Positions 11,850 to 25,947 of a DNA stretch of 64,000 nt are shown here, one piece after another. The notes beneath the pieces are model-generated. The model was not told the origin of the DNA. It made no database searches and saw only the letters and a list, made by a program, of their open reading frames with translations. Both the position numbers and the translations under genes were made by a program. Location of the stretch: the NCBI RefSeq assembly GCF_006345805.1, contig NC_042999.1, forward strand, positions 9,920,001 to 9,984,000, in the 5' to 3' direction. Origin of the DNA: Octopus sinensis. Lineage: Eukaryota. Position 1 is the first letter of the stretch, and each line of letters begins with the position of its first letter.

Positions 11850-12060
11850 TGTCGTGTTTAGCCGAGGTCAACCTTGATTGAACATCTAATCAATATCCAC
11901 ATTGATCAAAAAAATCAATGACCGAAAGTCTTGCAGTCCTTACCGTCCCCATTAGCTGCATTGTCCTTCCAATTTTAAAGCATTAGCGTGCGATCGGAGA
12001 TGTGATTTGGCTCCTATTTCTAGCAAGTGGCACCGAATGTTTGTGTCTCGCAACCGTCGA
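11850..12060. repeat. Abundant unclassified dispersed repeat (GATTTGGCT..TATTTCTAGC motif)
   Basis: The same motif recurs near 11320, 20940, 27955, 29630 and 44765. Confidence 0.45.
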
Positions 12061-12165
12061 CCTCAGCTTTACTCGTTTAGGAAGATAAGAGTTACTTCCC
12101 TTGCTTCTTTATTTCTGTCATGCAACTTGGAACCAGACCGAGAGACACATGCTCGCCGTTGTTGT

Positions 12166-12236
<71 letters not shown>

Positions 12237-12581
12237 TTACTGCTTCATTTAAGACGCATCTTTATTCACTTTTGATTAGAAAATATAATTTTCAGGAATG
12301 ATTTCATTTCTGAGCGAAGAAAAAAGAAATGAACAATCAAAACGTAGCAGAATTGTTAACATGCCGGACAACATGCTCCGTGGCATTTCGTCCGACTCTA
12401 CGTTCTACGTTCAAATTCCGCCCGGCTCGACTTTGCCTTTCCTCTTTTCGGGGTCGATAAAAGAAGCACCATTTGAGCACATGGGTAATCGACTGGACCA
12501 GTGGTCCGCAACCTTTTCACAACCTAGGAACCCTTTTATTTAAATGAGTTTTCCTACAGACCCCTTTGAATATGCTTATCC

Positions 12582-12632
<51 letters not shown>

Positions 12633-12969
12633 TTTTGTTTTGTTTTTTTTTAATCTTTCGTCTTCTTTCTTTACGATCCTGGAAGCGAAATCTTTTCCCA
12701 CGAGAGTTCCGGATCCCAGTAATGAACTCATTTGCATACAGCCAATGAGAGCTCACTGTGACCTTGTTGTCGAGTTAACAAACACACTCTACCAAGAAGA
12801 CTCAAGACGAGGAACGGTGTTGCTGTAAGTCGACCGATCGCCCCCAAGTTGTACCTGATTTTAGAAGGAGACAAGTAATTAGATAAATAGGCATCTATAC
12901 CTATTATCGGGTTTTGTTAAGGACCCATATGGTAAAGATGTGGATGGGAAAAATGTGGCACTTGGAGAG

Positions 12970-13870
12970 GCAGGTCTGTGCTATCCAATAGCGTCGCAGG
13001 ACACTGCACGGAGTGTCTGATAAAATTGCTCGGGGTCTGATTTGGTCGGGAACTTCTGAAATGGACCGAGAGAAAGCTGTATCTGAAAGGTCGGTCAGAG
13101 GTAGTGAATGCTTACATCGTTATATATTACCTCTTGACCGTTGTGCCTCACCGCAGTTCACATTTGACCAAACTGGAGCGCATACTATGCTTTCTATGAA
13201 AGGGACGCGTTCCATTTGTCAGGCGCTCCATTCGTTGTCAACATCCGTTAAATGGAGGACGGGGCTTTGCCGTGGTTGTTAATGCACAGACATCCGCTGA
13301 GACTACGATATCTCAGTGCTTCCTTGACGAGGATCAGATAGGGGTTACTGTTTGTCAAACTCGTTCTTCCACAGCTCGTCTCTTTGACTGCATTACAGTC
13401 CTGGATCAAGTGTAGGCGCCCACAGCCCTTTGTCAGTCGGGTAATGCAATCGGTAGAAATTCCACTTTGGTGTTCTATAGAAGGTTAGTGGCGAGCAAGT
13501 GCGACGAAGTTCTCGGGAAACTCTGGGTGTTGACGAGAATCAATGGGTCGGTCAGTACTAGAAAGCCCTGGCCTAGCAGTGCTACAGGAGAGATGTAACG
13601 GCTTGAGATAAACTCTATAGGCGTGGAAGTGCCATCAGCAGCGCTCGGCCGAGATAGGTGCAGAGTGACGAAACTGTTCTACACGCTCTCGTCCAGTGGC
13701 CGAGCATGGCTGACTTGTGGGTTTATGTCGAACACCTGCTGTCACGTCTAGGACTGATCTAGCTTTCGGCTAAGTCCATTCAGAAGATCGTCCAGCGGCC
13801 TTCTTTTGGCCGAGAAGGGCAGACAATGTTTCTTTGTCTGGTGGCCTTAACGAAAGATATTGTGTAACCT
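12970..13870 (+). mobile_element. Degenerate Tx1/L1-clade LINE fragment
   Basis: Collinear with 6655-7560 (GAAAGGTCGG, GATAAACTCTATAGGC, GTGACGAAACTGTTCT, GTGGGTTTATGTCGAA), with deletions. Confidence 0.75.
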
Positions 13871-14141
13871 AGGCGGAATTCGAGCCCAGAATATAAAGAG
13901 TCGTAGTATACACAACAAGAAATGTGCCCCAACGATTCTATGTGAATTATACATACATACATACATACATACATACATACATACGTACATGCACATATGC
14001 ACACAAGCACCCAAACACACACACACACATACATTCCTGAAATCCACCGATATCAGTCGATTAATAAGCAACTACCATCTGGTTTTCGTGGTAGCCTCTT
14101 CTTCTTCATGTAGACCCACGCCTCATTTGTTCAGGACAGAA

Positions 14142-14209
<68 letters not shown>

Positions 14210-14302
14210 CATGATTACAAACACTAACAAAGAGAAATTGTCTCATCAACACCGAAACGACCTCATAAACATTCATTATACATCATATATACAGGTATAT
14301 AT

Positions 14303-14356
<54 letters not shown>

Positions 14357-14570
14357 ATGCGTGTGTGTGTGTGTGTTTTAAGTGTGTCTGTTGGTATATT
14401 ATCCATTTCGTAATCTTTTTCTTCCTTCATTTTTTTTGCGGGGTGGGCAAGGCGGGAGAGAGAAGATGAGGTGAGGTCATTTATATTTTTGTGTACATTT
14501 TTATGAATTATATTTTATTACTGCTGATAAACGATTTGGTTGGGTTATCTTTGTTTTATTTCATTATTTA

Positions 14571-14623
<53 letters not shown>

Positions 14624-14739
14624 ATTATTATTATTATCATTCTTTTCTATCACTGTAAATGTGAATATCGGCAGAAATGACGGCGGACATTGGTCAAAAT
14701 TATTATGTTTTATTTTATCCAACGCACACATACACATAT

Positions 14740-14794
<55 letters not shown>

Positions 14795-14802
14795 GTGTGT
14801 GT

Positions 14803-14834
<32 letters not shown>

Positions 14835-14870
14835 CGTTGTGCGTTGTGTATGTGTATATGGAGATACATA

Positions 14871-14934
<64 letters not shown>

Positions 14935-15236
14935 CACATATATACATATCTATATACACATGTGCATACGCACACATATAGAGAGCTGCGAGTACATACA
15001 TATACACATATATAAACATATATGTAGAAATATAGATATTTATATGAGACATTAATATAATGTATATCTGAGTATATATAAATATATGTATGTATATGTG
15101 TGTGTGTGTACACATGTATAACTATACATGTGTTTAATATAATGTGCCCCTGATAAAAACCCAATAAGGTTCGAAAATCGATTGTTGTTCATCATTTTTA
15201 ACGATTGTGTATATATATATACATATATATATACAC

Positions 15237-15588
15237 AGGCGCAGGCGTGGCTGTGTGGTAAGAAGCTTGCTTTCCAACCACGTGGTTCCGGGTTCAGTTC
15301 CACTGAATTCTACTATATTCTTGTGAGTGGATATGGTAGATAGAAACTGAAAGAAACCTGTCGTATATATATTTATGTATATATTTGTGTTTGTTCCTCC
15401 GCCATCGCTTGACAACCTTTGTTGGTGTGTTTACGCCCCCCGTAAACTAAACGGTTCGGCAAAAGCGACCGATAGAGTAAGTAACAGGCTTACAAAGAAT
15501 AAGTCCAGGGGTCGATTTCTTCGACTAAGAAAAGGCGATGCTCCAGCATGACCTCAGTCAAAATGAAAAACAGTAAAAGAATTAAAGA

Positions 15589-15590
<2 letters not shown>
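15237..15590 (+). mobile_element. tRNA-derived SINE family A
   Basis: Head GGCGCAGGCGTGGCTGTGTGGTAAG..GGTTCAGTTCC, internal microsatellite, tail GACCTCAGTCAAAATGAAAAACAGTAAAAG. Confidence 0.9.
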
Positions 15591-15654
<64 letters not shown>

Positions 15655-15921
15655 TTTAATTCTCTCTCTCTCTATATATATAGCTATACATTCTTGTAAA
15701 CATATATGTGTGTATATGAGTGTATGTGTGTGTGTGCGTATAAAGGTGAACCTGAACGTGTTGCTACGAAGTTCGTTCTACCAAACCCTAGAAAACGTTG
15801 CTCCAGCTGGGCCACAAATCAAAATCTGTAACACGCAAAAGAATAAAAGATTAGTTATGTGGCTATATATGTATGTGCGTCTGGGCGCGTGCGGTTTTGT
15901 GTATACATACATTCATATATA

Positions 15922-15962
<41 letters not shown>

Positions 15963-16182
15963 GCCGCGCGTGTGTGTGTATGTACATATATTTACATATG
16001 TATACCCGGGCGCACACACGCATATGTATGCATGCATATTATTGTGATTATGTACACACGTGCAGGGATATCTACGTATATTTCTGCATCTGCATAAATA
16101 TATTGAGCATCTGGTATGCAGCTCTTTATACACACACACATACACACACCAACACAACACACACACACCACACACCACACAC

Positions 16183-16228
<46 letters not shown>

Positions 16229-16318
16229 TATGTACATATATCTAACCATATATTGTAAATTGCATACGTAATGCGAATTTGTGCCTTGTGCATATCTATC
16301 TATCTATATATTATATAC

Positions 16319-16378
<60 letters not shown>

Positions 16379-16744
16379 TATATATATATATACATATTAT
16401 ATGTATGTATATATATATAAACACATAAACACATACATATATATATCTATATATATATACATAAGTAGTCCTCTGTGATTAGAAAACCGCCATAAGGTTT
16501 ACACTCGCCTCTTCCCTTGGCTTAGTCTTGTAAACAGTAGAGCTGGTGCCACTTTAAACATTGGTCCCATTACTGCTTACAGATGTACAAAGGTACTCGG
16601 TGCCACGTGCCCGGCCGACGTCCAACGTTGAGCTAATGGTGCTAGAACGACGCCCGTTCAGAGACAGCAGGCGAAAATTATTTTTACGTCCTCTCATTCA
16701 GAGTGCTGGAGATTAACTAGATAGCCTGACCTCCGTCAAAAAAT

Positions 16745-16773
16745 ATACAATAATAATAATAATAATAATAATA

Positions 16774-16823
<50 letters not shown>

Positions 16824-16849
16824 TATATAATATAATAATAATAATAATG

Positions 16850-16883
<34 letters not shown>

Positions 16884-17034
16884 TAATATATAATAATATA
16901 ATAATAATGATATAATAATAATAATATGAATAATAATAATAATAATAATATAATGATGATAATAATAATAATAATAATATAATAATAATAATAATATAAT
17001 AATAATAATAATAATGATAATAATAATAATAATG

Positions 17035-17069
<35 letters not shown>

Positions 17070-17070
17070 C
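16745..17070. repeat. (ATA)n microsatellite
   Basis: Direct reading. Confidence 0.95.
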
Positions 17071-17984
17071 TATCGTGACTCACTATCGATTGATAAGATA
17101 TTTACCTTATTTGGTCAAGATAACAAAAGACTAAATTCTCACCATTATCCCAACTACCAGCAGCGCCACCTTCCCATTCGTTTGTCTTGTGTTGCCCTCA
17201 TAGAAAGCACCGTTAAGTGCAGTTTTCTGCAATGTAATCACCAATGCGGTGTCCCGCGTTACGTTGGACACATTTTATTGTCAAAAGCTATTTAGAATAA
17301 CATATAAAGATATATATATATATCGAGAAATGAATAAACCGATGTTGGTGTGCTTACTTCCCCGTAACTTAGCGGTTCGGCAAGTGAGGCCGATAGAATA
17401 AGCACTAGGCTTACAAAAGATAAGTCATGGGATCAATTTGTTCGGCTAAAGGCGGTGCTCCAGCATGGCCGCAGTCAAATGCCTGAAACAAGTAAAAGTA
17501 TAGAAGAATAGACACAAGGCCAGCAATTTTAGGAGGAGAGCGTTAATCGATTACGTCGACCCGAGTAGTTGACTGGTACTTTATTTTGTTGACCCTGATG
17601 AGGGCGATGAAAAGCATTGTTGACTTCACGAGAATTGAACCCTGAACATAAATATTCGGAAGAAATGCCGCCAAGCATTTTGACCGATGTCATTGCTACC
17701 TCTCCGCCATTTCATGGGTTTTGAATAAGACTCACCACCAACCATTTTGAACGGAAGGAGTTGAACAACACCTTTGACTTCAGTACGTTACTGGTACTTT
17801 GTGTTATTGATGCCGGAAGGATGAAAGCAAAGCCGACCCCACGGGAATTTCAATCCGGAATATAGAAAACCGGAGGAAATGACGCTCTAAAGATTCTGCC
17901 AGGATAAGGTCACTGTGTTGGTTGGGAAAGAATGCGGACCACTAAATCGATATCTATACTTGATTGGTACTCTCTTTTACTCTC

Positions 17985-18368
17985 TTTTTCGTGTTTCAGT
18001 CATTTGACTGTGGCCATGCTGGAGCACCCCCTTTAGTCGAGCAAATCGTCCCCAGGACTTATTCTTTGTAAGCTCAGCACTTATTCTATCGGATCTCTTT
18101 TGCCGAACCTCTAAGTTACGGGGACGTAAACACACCAGCATTGGTTGTCAAATGATGTTGGGGAGACAAACACAGACACACAAACATATACACACACATA
18201 CATATACATATATACGACGGGCTTCTTTCAGTTTCCGTCTACCAAATCCACTCAGAAGGCTTAGGTTGGCCCGAGGCTATGTAGAAGACACTTGCCCAAG
18301 GTGCCACGCAGTGGGACTGAACCCGGAACCATATGGTTGGTTAGCAAGCTACTTACCACACAGCCACT
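17985..18368 (-). mobile_element. SINE family A (the adjacent 17338-17900 region holds A and B fragments)
   Basis: Reverse complement of the family A consensus. Confidence 0.88.
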
Positions 18369-19439
18369 CCTGATTTATCGATCCTGGAGCAATTTAATTT
18401 TATGTCGTCTCTGCCAGGATTTGAACTCGTCATTTCAGTTGATGAAATATATTTTGATAAACAACAAAAATAAGAAGTAAAATAACGCTAAAAACCATCA
18501 AATAAGAGAGATGCAGTTACAGCACTTTACGCTCTGAGTTCAAATCTCAGCATGGAGTATTTTGTCTTTAGTCCTCCTGGGGTCGACGAACCACACCACT
18601 ACCTACACCACCATCCCCAAAAGAAACAAGCCTGACCTTGTTCGAAACCTATATATATATGAAAAAATACACACGCATGTAAAACACACAAAACACACAC
18701 AATCACGAACACACTTATATACACACAACCATCCATACAGAAAAAGATGTGTATACATATGTACACAGACAATAACACACATGCACGCATGAACACGTGC
18801 ACGTACACGCCTCCTAAGCGCACACACACACACACCCACACACACACACACACACAGAAACCATGCATGCATTTCTTTTTAATCAACAGTTGTTTATACC
18901 ATCGGATGAAAACCCCCGGGAAAGGAAGCGTTTTGCTCAAGGGTACAGCGCGCCGCTCTGTCTAGGATTCGAAACCACCATCTTGTGATCGTGAGTGCAA
19001 CATCCTAACCACTAAGCCGCGCATCTTCCCTTGCACCACTTGAGTTTGATTTCTTCTTTGGAAGAAGACATATTACTTTCATAGTAGGAGACTGTTGAGA
19101 GGCAACAGACGAGAGAGAAGACGTGCGAGGCTTCTGAGCGGACATAGGAGAAAGATGAGTTGGAGAAACTTGCCTCTACGTGTTCGCTATACTTACAAGA
19201 AACAGCAGATGAATCTTACTAAAATCCCATCCAACTTATCTAAAAACGGAAAATCATATTGGATGATGCCGTCGTTATATTACACAATTACTAAAAAATA
19301 AAAAAGACGAAACCGTCATGGCTGGAATGACTTTTATCATAACTATTCTCAATAAGAGCTGAACTCAAGCTAAACGATAAAAACTGGTTAACCTTTTTGG
19401 TTAACCAATTTATTTTATAGTTGTTAATATTATCACCCT

Positions 19440-19670
19440 TTAAGGTGACAAGCTGGCAGGATCGTTAGCACACCGGACAAAATGCTTAACGGCATTTCGT
19501 CCGTCTGTAAGTTCTGAATTCAAATTCCGCGAAAGTCGACTTTGTCTTTCATCCTTTCGGGGTCGATAAGGTAAGTATCAGTCAATCATGTAATTGACTA
19601 GCCCCTTCTCCCAAAATTTCAACCTTGTGCCTGTACTAGAAAGGAATATTATCACTCTTTAAACTCCAGA
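19440..19670 (+). mobile_element. SINE family B variant
   Basis: GCTGGCAGGATCGTTAGC..GAATTCAAATTCCGC..GTCGACTTTG. Confidence 0.8.
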
Positions 19671-20588
19671 TATATTTGGAGAGTGAAGTGGTAAGGAGTC
19701 TTTCTCGATGTCTGAATGTGTGCATATGCAGCGAGAGTCTTTTTTAAAAGGAATTTTCAGTAAACCCCGTGTAGCATTTTGTTCCAATATTATTTGGAAA
19801 AGAGACCATAACTCGATAACCTAAAACTTTAGAGTGGTACATATCATTGTTAAGGTAGATATCAAGATTGCTTACGGAATACTCATCCGTTACTGCTTTA
19901 ATTTCACGAGACAAAATTCGTCGCATAGCTGAAAGCTCATCGTCCACATCAAAGGGTAATTTAGCATGTTTTTTATTTACTTTTGTTTTTACGTTTCACT
20001 CATTGGACAGTGACCAGGCTGGGGCGCCACTTTCTAGAAGCTTCACACAGCCATATTGATTTCAGTATTTATTTTTATTGATCTTTGTTGAACTGCTAAG
20101 TAACAGCAGAAACAATACCGGCTTAAAGACTAATGCAAACATAATCCCAGACACGGATACATACACACACACGCACACTAGTTGAGTATCCCGTCGTTGC
20201 TGGGCAATTTTCACAATAGAATGCTTTGGTGGACGAAATAGTACAACCACATAAATTGGATTTGCTCAGTTTTGGCGGAGAGTTTTCAATTTCTTTTTTT
20301 GTCACCACACCCTTGCGAACGATGAAATGGAAACTTTTTACGAAAAAAGTGTTTTTTTTTCTTAATTTATGAACCTCCCCCCCTCCCCCTCACCACTTTC
20401 CAGACGAATTTTGCCAAATTTTCTTTTCCTTTTCCTATTTTCTTTTATTTCATTTTATCTGCACAAGACATTTAAAAACAATGTGAGATTCCTTTTCGGT
20501 AAAACAAAGAAAAAAAATTGGGAAAATTTATGAATTTTTTTCAATATACTCCCCAAATCAACAGTGACTTTCGCCTTTATTATTATTA

Positions 20589-20628
<40 letters not shown>

Positions 20629-21169
20629 TTATTATTTGCACTACACACTTAAAAATGATGGGAGAAGACTTGAAGGTTAAAAATTATTTTGGAAATCGGT
20701 GATCACCATTATAATACCCACTTCCTTTATTTTAAAATAGAAAATGAAATGTAATTTTAAAACAAAGATAAAATCTTATCTAATTTTTTCAAAAAATTCA
20801 CCCCTCCACAAATCCTAAAACTTCGGCTTCTTTTCAACTTCCCTTTTTAACCATAGTTTTAAAATATGAACAATTCGAATCTACAATTCGTTTCTGTTTG
20901 TAATTTCAAAGTAGTTTTCAGACGAAAGGGTGTGTGATTTAAGGGAGATTTTGCTATTGTTTCTAGCACATACCACGACCACCTGGTGCCTTCCTCGTTT
21001 CTTTGTCACTCTGACATGTATTGATGCTTCTCAATATTTTTCTCCCCATAAGCACATTTTATGGAATTAGGATGCGGTGATCCATTGCTCGACTTTAAAC
21101 AACAACAACAACAAAAATTTGTAATCGAAATTTTTAAGCACCCCTCCCCACCCCGCATCAGGCGAGTCC

Positions 21170-21217
<48 letters not shown>

Positions 21218-21289
21218 TGTGTGTGTGTTTAAGAAAAAGCATATTTACAAACAGAAAAGTATGTTATTAAAATAAATCACATCTTTACA

Positions 21290-21663
21290 TAGGCGTAGGA
21301 GTGGTTGTGTGGTAAGTAGCTTGCTTACCAACCACATGGTCCCGGGTTCAATCCCACTGCATGGCACCTTGGGCAATTGTCTTCTACTATAGTCTTAGGC
21401 CGACCAAGGCCTTGTGAGTGGATTTGGTAGACGGAAACTGAAAGAAGCCCGTCGTGTGTGTGTGTGTGTCTATATTTGTCCCCGCACCATCGCTTGACAA
21501 CCGATGCTGATGTGTTCACGTCCTCGTAACTTAGCGGTTCGACAAAAGAGACAGATAGAATAAGTACTGGGCTTACAAAGAATAAGTACTGGGATCGATT
21601 TGCTCGACTGAAGGCGGTACTCCAGCATGGCCACAGTCAAATTACTGAAACAAATAAAAGAAT
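21290..21663 (+). mobile_element. SINE family A (full-length)
   Basis: Matches family A from head to tail. Confidence 0.9.
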
Positions 21664-22234
21664 ATTTTTTTTTTAATCACACTATCACACTACTGAAATT
21701 TCTTACACACATGCATACATACACACTGACAAACACACACACACACTCAACGTGAGCGATATATTTTTGTAGAGAGTGAGAGAGTGTGTAGTTGGTATAT
21801 ATATACAGAAAAGGAAGATTTCTCCATGACAAAAGCGAAAAATGACAGAGATAGATAAACATAAAGAGACATTTTTTCTGTTGCTGTCACAGATTTTGAA
21901 ATTTTAAAATTTGGTATATTGGTGTAGTTTTTCACGCTGAAAAATGTTAGAGATTTATGGTTTGATCGTTTTTGCCCAATCAGAAAATAGGACTTGCACG
22001 TAATGGCAGTCATAAAATGAAAGTAAATGTTAGAAGACGAAATGTTAAACAAAATAGAAGCAACGTGTAAGGGTTAATACATATACAGAGAGGGAAAGAG
22101 AGAGAGGAGTGTGGTAAGTATATAGAGAGAGATAAATTGATGGTGACAGATAGAGAGTGGGAGAATTGTCGATTTAAGACTTGAGATATTTCTCGTAACA
22201 ATTTTATAATTTTATTACTATTATTATTATCATC

Positions 22235-22266
<32 letters not shown>

Positions 22267-22271
22267 CATCA

Positions 22272-22318
<47 letters not shown>

Positions 22319-22390
22319 TACAGACGAGTTTCTTTTTGGGACACAGATTTCGCAAATCAATTTCGTTTATTTCAAGGATTCACCGTGCGT

Positions 22391-22486
<96 letters not shown>

Positions 22487-22603
22487 AATTCAAATTTACA
22501 GAAAACAAAAGACGAGGACAGGTGAAGGAACAACAAGCAGGTGTATTAGTTTGACACTCAAGAAAAATGGAAAAGTCAATTGACTTAAATAGACATACAG
22601 ACT

Positions 22604-22706
<103 letters not shown>

Positions 22707-23156
22707 CGAAATTATTTTACGTTTCACGATAGACAACCATGATTGCCGGGTATACGAATAAAAATTAGGAGAGTTTCGGAATGGAGCAGATAAGATCCGG
22801 GTTACTTATGTTTCACAGCAAACGGAACCTCGAAGGTGGTGAATATCCAAGCGAGGTGTCTGCTGCAGGATACTTTTCAGGCCAAGGATCTCTGGATTAG
22901 ATGAAAGTTTACATTGTCGCAAGGAGGTACACGTTAACACACAGAAGATTCGATCTCGTGGACAATTATATCCTCCACTCAAACTGTGCTCTCTACGCAT
23001 TCTAATCCAATCGTCCATGTGTTGACCTGCACTTCCTTACCACAATTCAAACTTCATTCACTCAAGATACCATGTGACCTGAAGAGTAGCCTATGGTACA
23101 CACCTCCCTTCGATATTTACCACTTCTGAGGTTCCGTTCGCTATCAAATATATCTA

Positions 23157-23387
23157 TATTTCTTTACTACCCACAAGGGGCTAAACACAGAAGGGACAAA
23201 CAAGGACAGACAAACGGATTAAGCCGATTACATCGACTCCAGTGCGTAACTGGTATTTATTTAATCGACCTCGAAAGGATGAAAGGCAAAGTCGACCTCG
23301 GCGGAATTTGAACTCGGAACGTAACGGCAGACGAAATACGGCTACGCATTTCGCCCGGCGTGCTAACGGTTCTGCCAGCTCGCCGCC
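23157..23387 (-). mobile_element. SINE family B (full-length)
   Basis: Matches 5805-6037. Confidence 0.9.
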
Positions 23388-23473
23388 CTCACTATCAAAT
23401 TTATGTAGCCCGGATCTTATCTACTTCATTCCTTAACTCTCATATAGATGTGTGTGTGTGTGGTGTGTGTGTG

Positions 23474-23504
<31 letters not shown>

Positions 23505-23560
23505 TGTGTGTGTGTGTGTGTGAATGTGTGTGTGTGTTGTGTGGTGTGTGTCATTCATGT

Positions 23561-23599
<39 letters not shown>

Positions 23600-23601
<2 letters not shown>

Positions 23602-23810
23602 CGGGAAGGTTTACGAAAATAAACAAAAGACGAAGGAGGTGAAGGTGGAAGTACAAGCAAACAAATGTATTAGTATGGCGCTCAGGAATAGAAATAGAAC
23701 AAGTCTTTTACGTTTCGAGCCTACGCTCTTTGACAGATTGATACACAGAAAAGAAACAAGGTGAGAAAAAAATGCGTGTAGGAGCTAACAATCTAACATG
23801 GCGTCCTGAT
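23600..23810 (-). mobile_element. Family E mini-element with degenerate minimal hammerhead, ending at (TA)n
   Basis: Minus strand CTGTCAA-A-GAGC(gtag)GCTC-GAAA-CG-TA at 23736-23709. Homologous to 39195-39367, 48790-49010, 36077-36295, 22485-22590 and 55930-56020. Confidence 0.7.
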
Positions 23811-24146
23811 ACACATATATGCATGTATGTGGACGGCATAAGTTAATCGTTGAGAAACACACAAAGAATGTTGACTTCACTTGAACATTCATTTGCAATA
23901 AGCTGTCAAAATGTTCATCGTTCGAATCTGCGACCTGTCGACTGACAAAAAATGTTAGATTCAACAGAATGTTTTTGTTTTTTTTTTTGTAAATGAACAG
24001 GTCGTAGTTTCGAGCGACGAAAACGTTGACATTATTTCACTAGCAAATATTTAGCTAAACAAATTTAAATAATCCCGGTTTACGAGATTGCTCTGTGTTT
24101 CACGTCCATAAAGCGCTTAGCTTTAAGGCGTTTCAACAGATCCCAA

Positions 24147-24263
24147 ACCTTATGGCCTCTCCAACGAGCGGCTTCTCTGGAAAATATCCTCTAGCGAGCG
24201 GCGTAACCAGAAAAGGACATGGAAATTTTCCAGAGAGGCCGCTCGTTGGAGAGGCCATAAGGT
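24147..24263. mobile_element. 117-bp MITE-like element with about 38-bp terminal inverted repeats
   Basis: ACCTTATGGCCTCTCCAACGAGCGGCTTCTCTGGAAAAT ... ATTTTCCAGAGAGGCCGCTCGTTGGAGAGGCCATAAGGT. Confidence 0.75.
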
Positions 24264-24511
24264 ATGCGATCTGATGATACGCCGTAAAGCTAAGAGTTCT
24301 ATGAAGGTGAAACCCAGGATAATCCTATAAGCAGGCCTCATCTAACTTTATATTATATTCTGCTCTATAACTTAGAGCGTGCTTCTTTTTCGGATTTATG
24401 TTTTACTGGCGATCGATATATATATATATATATTGTATGGTATTATCCATATAAAATTCTGGTGCCTTTAACTTAAGTACCATATTCGTCTGAATCTAAA
24501 TTTTTGCTGAA

Positions 24512-24549
<38 letters not shown>

Positions 24550-24647
24550 TAAAACGGTAAGATAACATAAGAAAGAAAGAGACCTCAATATTATGTATGT
24601 AGAGGAAATTTATCTATACAATAATATGTTACATTACTCGATAGTCA

Positions 24648-24710
24648 AGATAAAACTCTGAGTTTCAGATGCCGAAGTGGGAATCCACAACGCCATCTCT
24701 TCGGTTATCT
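24648..24710 (-). ncRNA. Type I hammerhead motif (CCGAAGA core) in a probable Penelope-like 3' end
   Basis: AGATAA-CCGAAGA-GATG..GTGG(attc)CCAC..CATCt-GAAA-CT(cag)AG-TT-TTATCT, with a 6-bp helix I. The host segment ends CTTACCGTT..(TA)n at about 24545. Confidence 0.55.
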
Positions 24711-25050
24711 GGCTATTTGAAAATGCCATGAAAAAATACCGTTATACAAAGGGAATTACTGTGTTATAACTCTGCTTGCCTGCGTACTTATACATCGCTA
24801 TGTAAAGGTACACATCTTCACTCGCATTTTTCGCCATAAAAATTATATAAAAATACATAAAAAATATATAAAAAATATATAAGAAATATACATAAAATAT
24901 ATATAAAAAATATATGATAGAAGGTATGATGAGGTAAAAAAAAACCTTCTTGGGACATAACATAGAAAGCATGTTCTATCTGTTTTCTTTAGGGGACCAA
25001 AAACGTAACAGAAATTTAGTCACATGTGGACATGATCCGAAAAGTTCTGT

Positions 25051-25095
<45 letters not shown>

Positions 25096-25476
25096 AATGT
25101 AAGAAAATACAAACTGGGACAAGAACGTGAAACATTTAGAAGACGATACAAAAAACACGGACGGGACATTCGAAGCCTTCAATCTTCAGTCAAGAACCGG
25201 ATCATCTTCGCAATTTCGGCTGATGTATATGTATGTGTATATGTACATATATGTATATGTGTATATGTTTTGCGCGCGTGTTTGTGTGTATGCATAAGGG
25301 ATCCCATGTATGTATGCATTGCACAAGCGCGGGCATCGGTGCCTGGTCACGAAGATGGCATGAAAACCACGTGTTTCTTAATTTTATCTTGTTTTGCGCT
25401 ACCTTGGGCAGGTGTCTTCTCTTGTAGCAGTGGGTTGGCAAATACCTTGAAAGTGGAACCTTTCTAAAGCCTATAG

Positions 25477-25514
<38 letters not shown>

Positions 25515-25562
25515 CATACAAATACACGTAGACACACAGGCAGATGGATGTAATGCATAAAC

Positions 25563-25947
25563 GTGGAGGCGCAATGGCCCAGTGGTTAGGGCAGCGGACT
25601 CGCGGTCATAGGATCGCGGTTTCGATTCCCAGACCGGGCGTTGTGAGCGTTTATTGAGCGAAAACACCTAAAGCTCCACGAGGCTCCGGCAGGGGATGTT
25701 GGCGGACCCTGCTGTACTCTTTCACCACAACTTTCTCTCACTCTTACTTCCTGTTTCTGTTGTACCTGTATTTCAAAGGGCCGGCCTTGTCACTCTCTGT
25801 GTCACGCTGAATATCCCCGAGAACTACGTTAAGGGTACACATGTCTGTGGAGTGCTCAGCCACTTACACGTTAATTTCACGAGCAGGCTGTTCCGTTGAT
25901 TCGGATCAACCGGAACCCTCGTCGTCGTAACCGACGGAGTGCTCCCC
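25563..25947 (+). mobile_element. tRNA-derived SINE family C with 11-bp TSD
   Basis: tRNA-like head GGCGCAATGGCCCAGTGGTTAGG..GGTTTCGATTCCC. TSD AATGCATAAAC at 25552-25562 and 25948-25958. The central region resembles Deu/Nin-type SINE domains (from recall, unverified). Confidence 0.92.

Noticed and set aside
15150-15185. CTGATAA..AACC/GGTT..GAAA-ATCGAT-TG hammerhead-like string
   Set aside because: G8 is lost, the cleavage triplet ends in G, and there is no helix I pairing. Possible relic only.
25563-25640. tRNA-like sequences at SINE heads (also 15237, 21290, 43936, and about 3890-3935)
   Set aside because: They lack a complete acceptor stem and continue into SINE bodies, so they are not tRNA genes.
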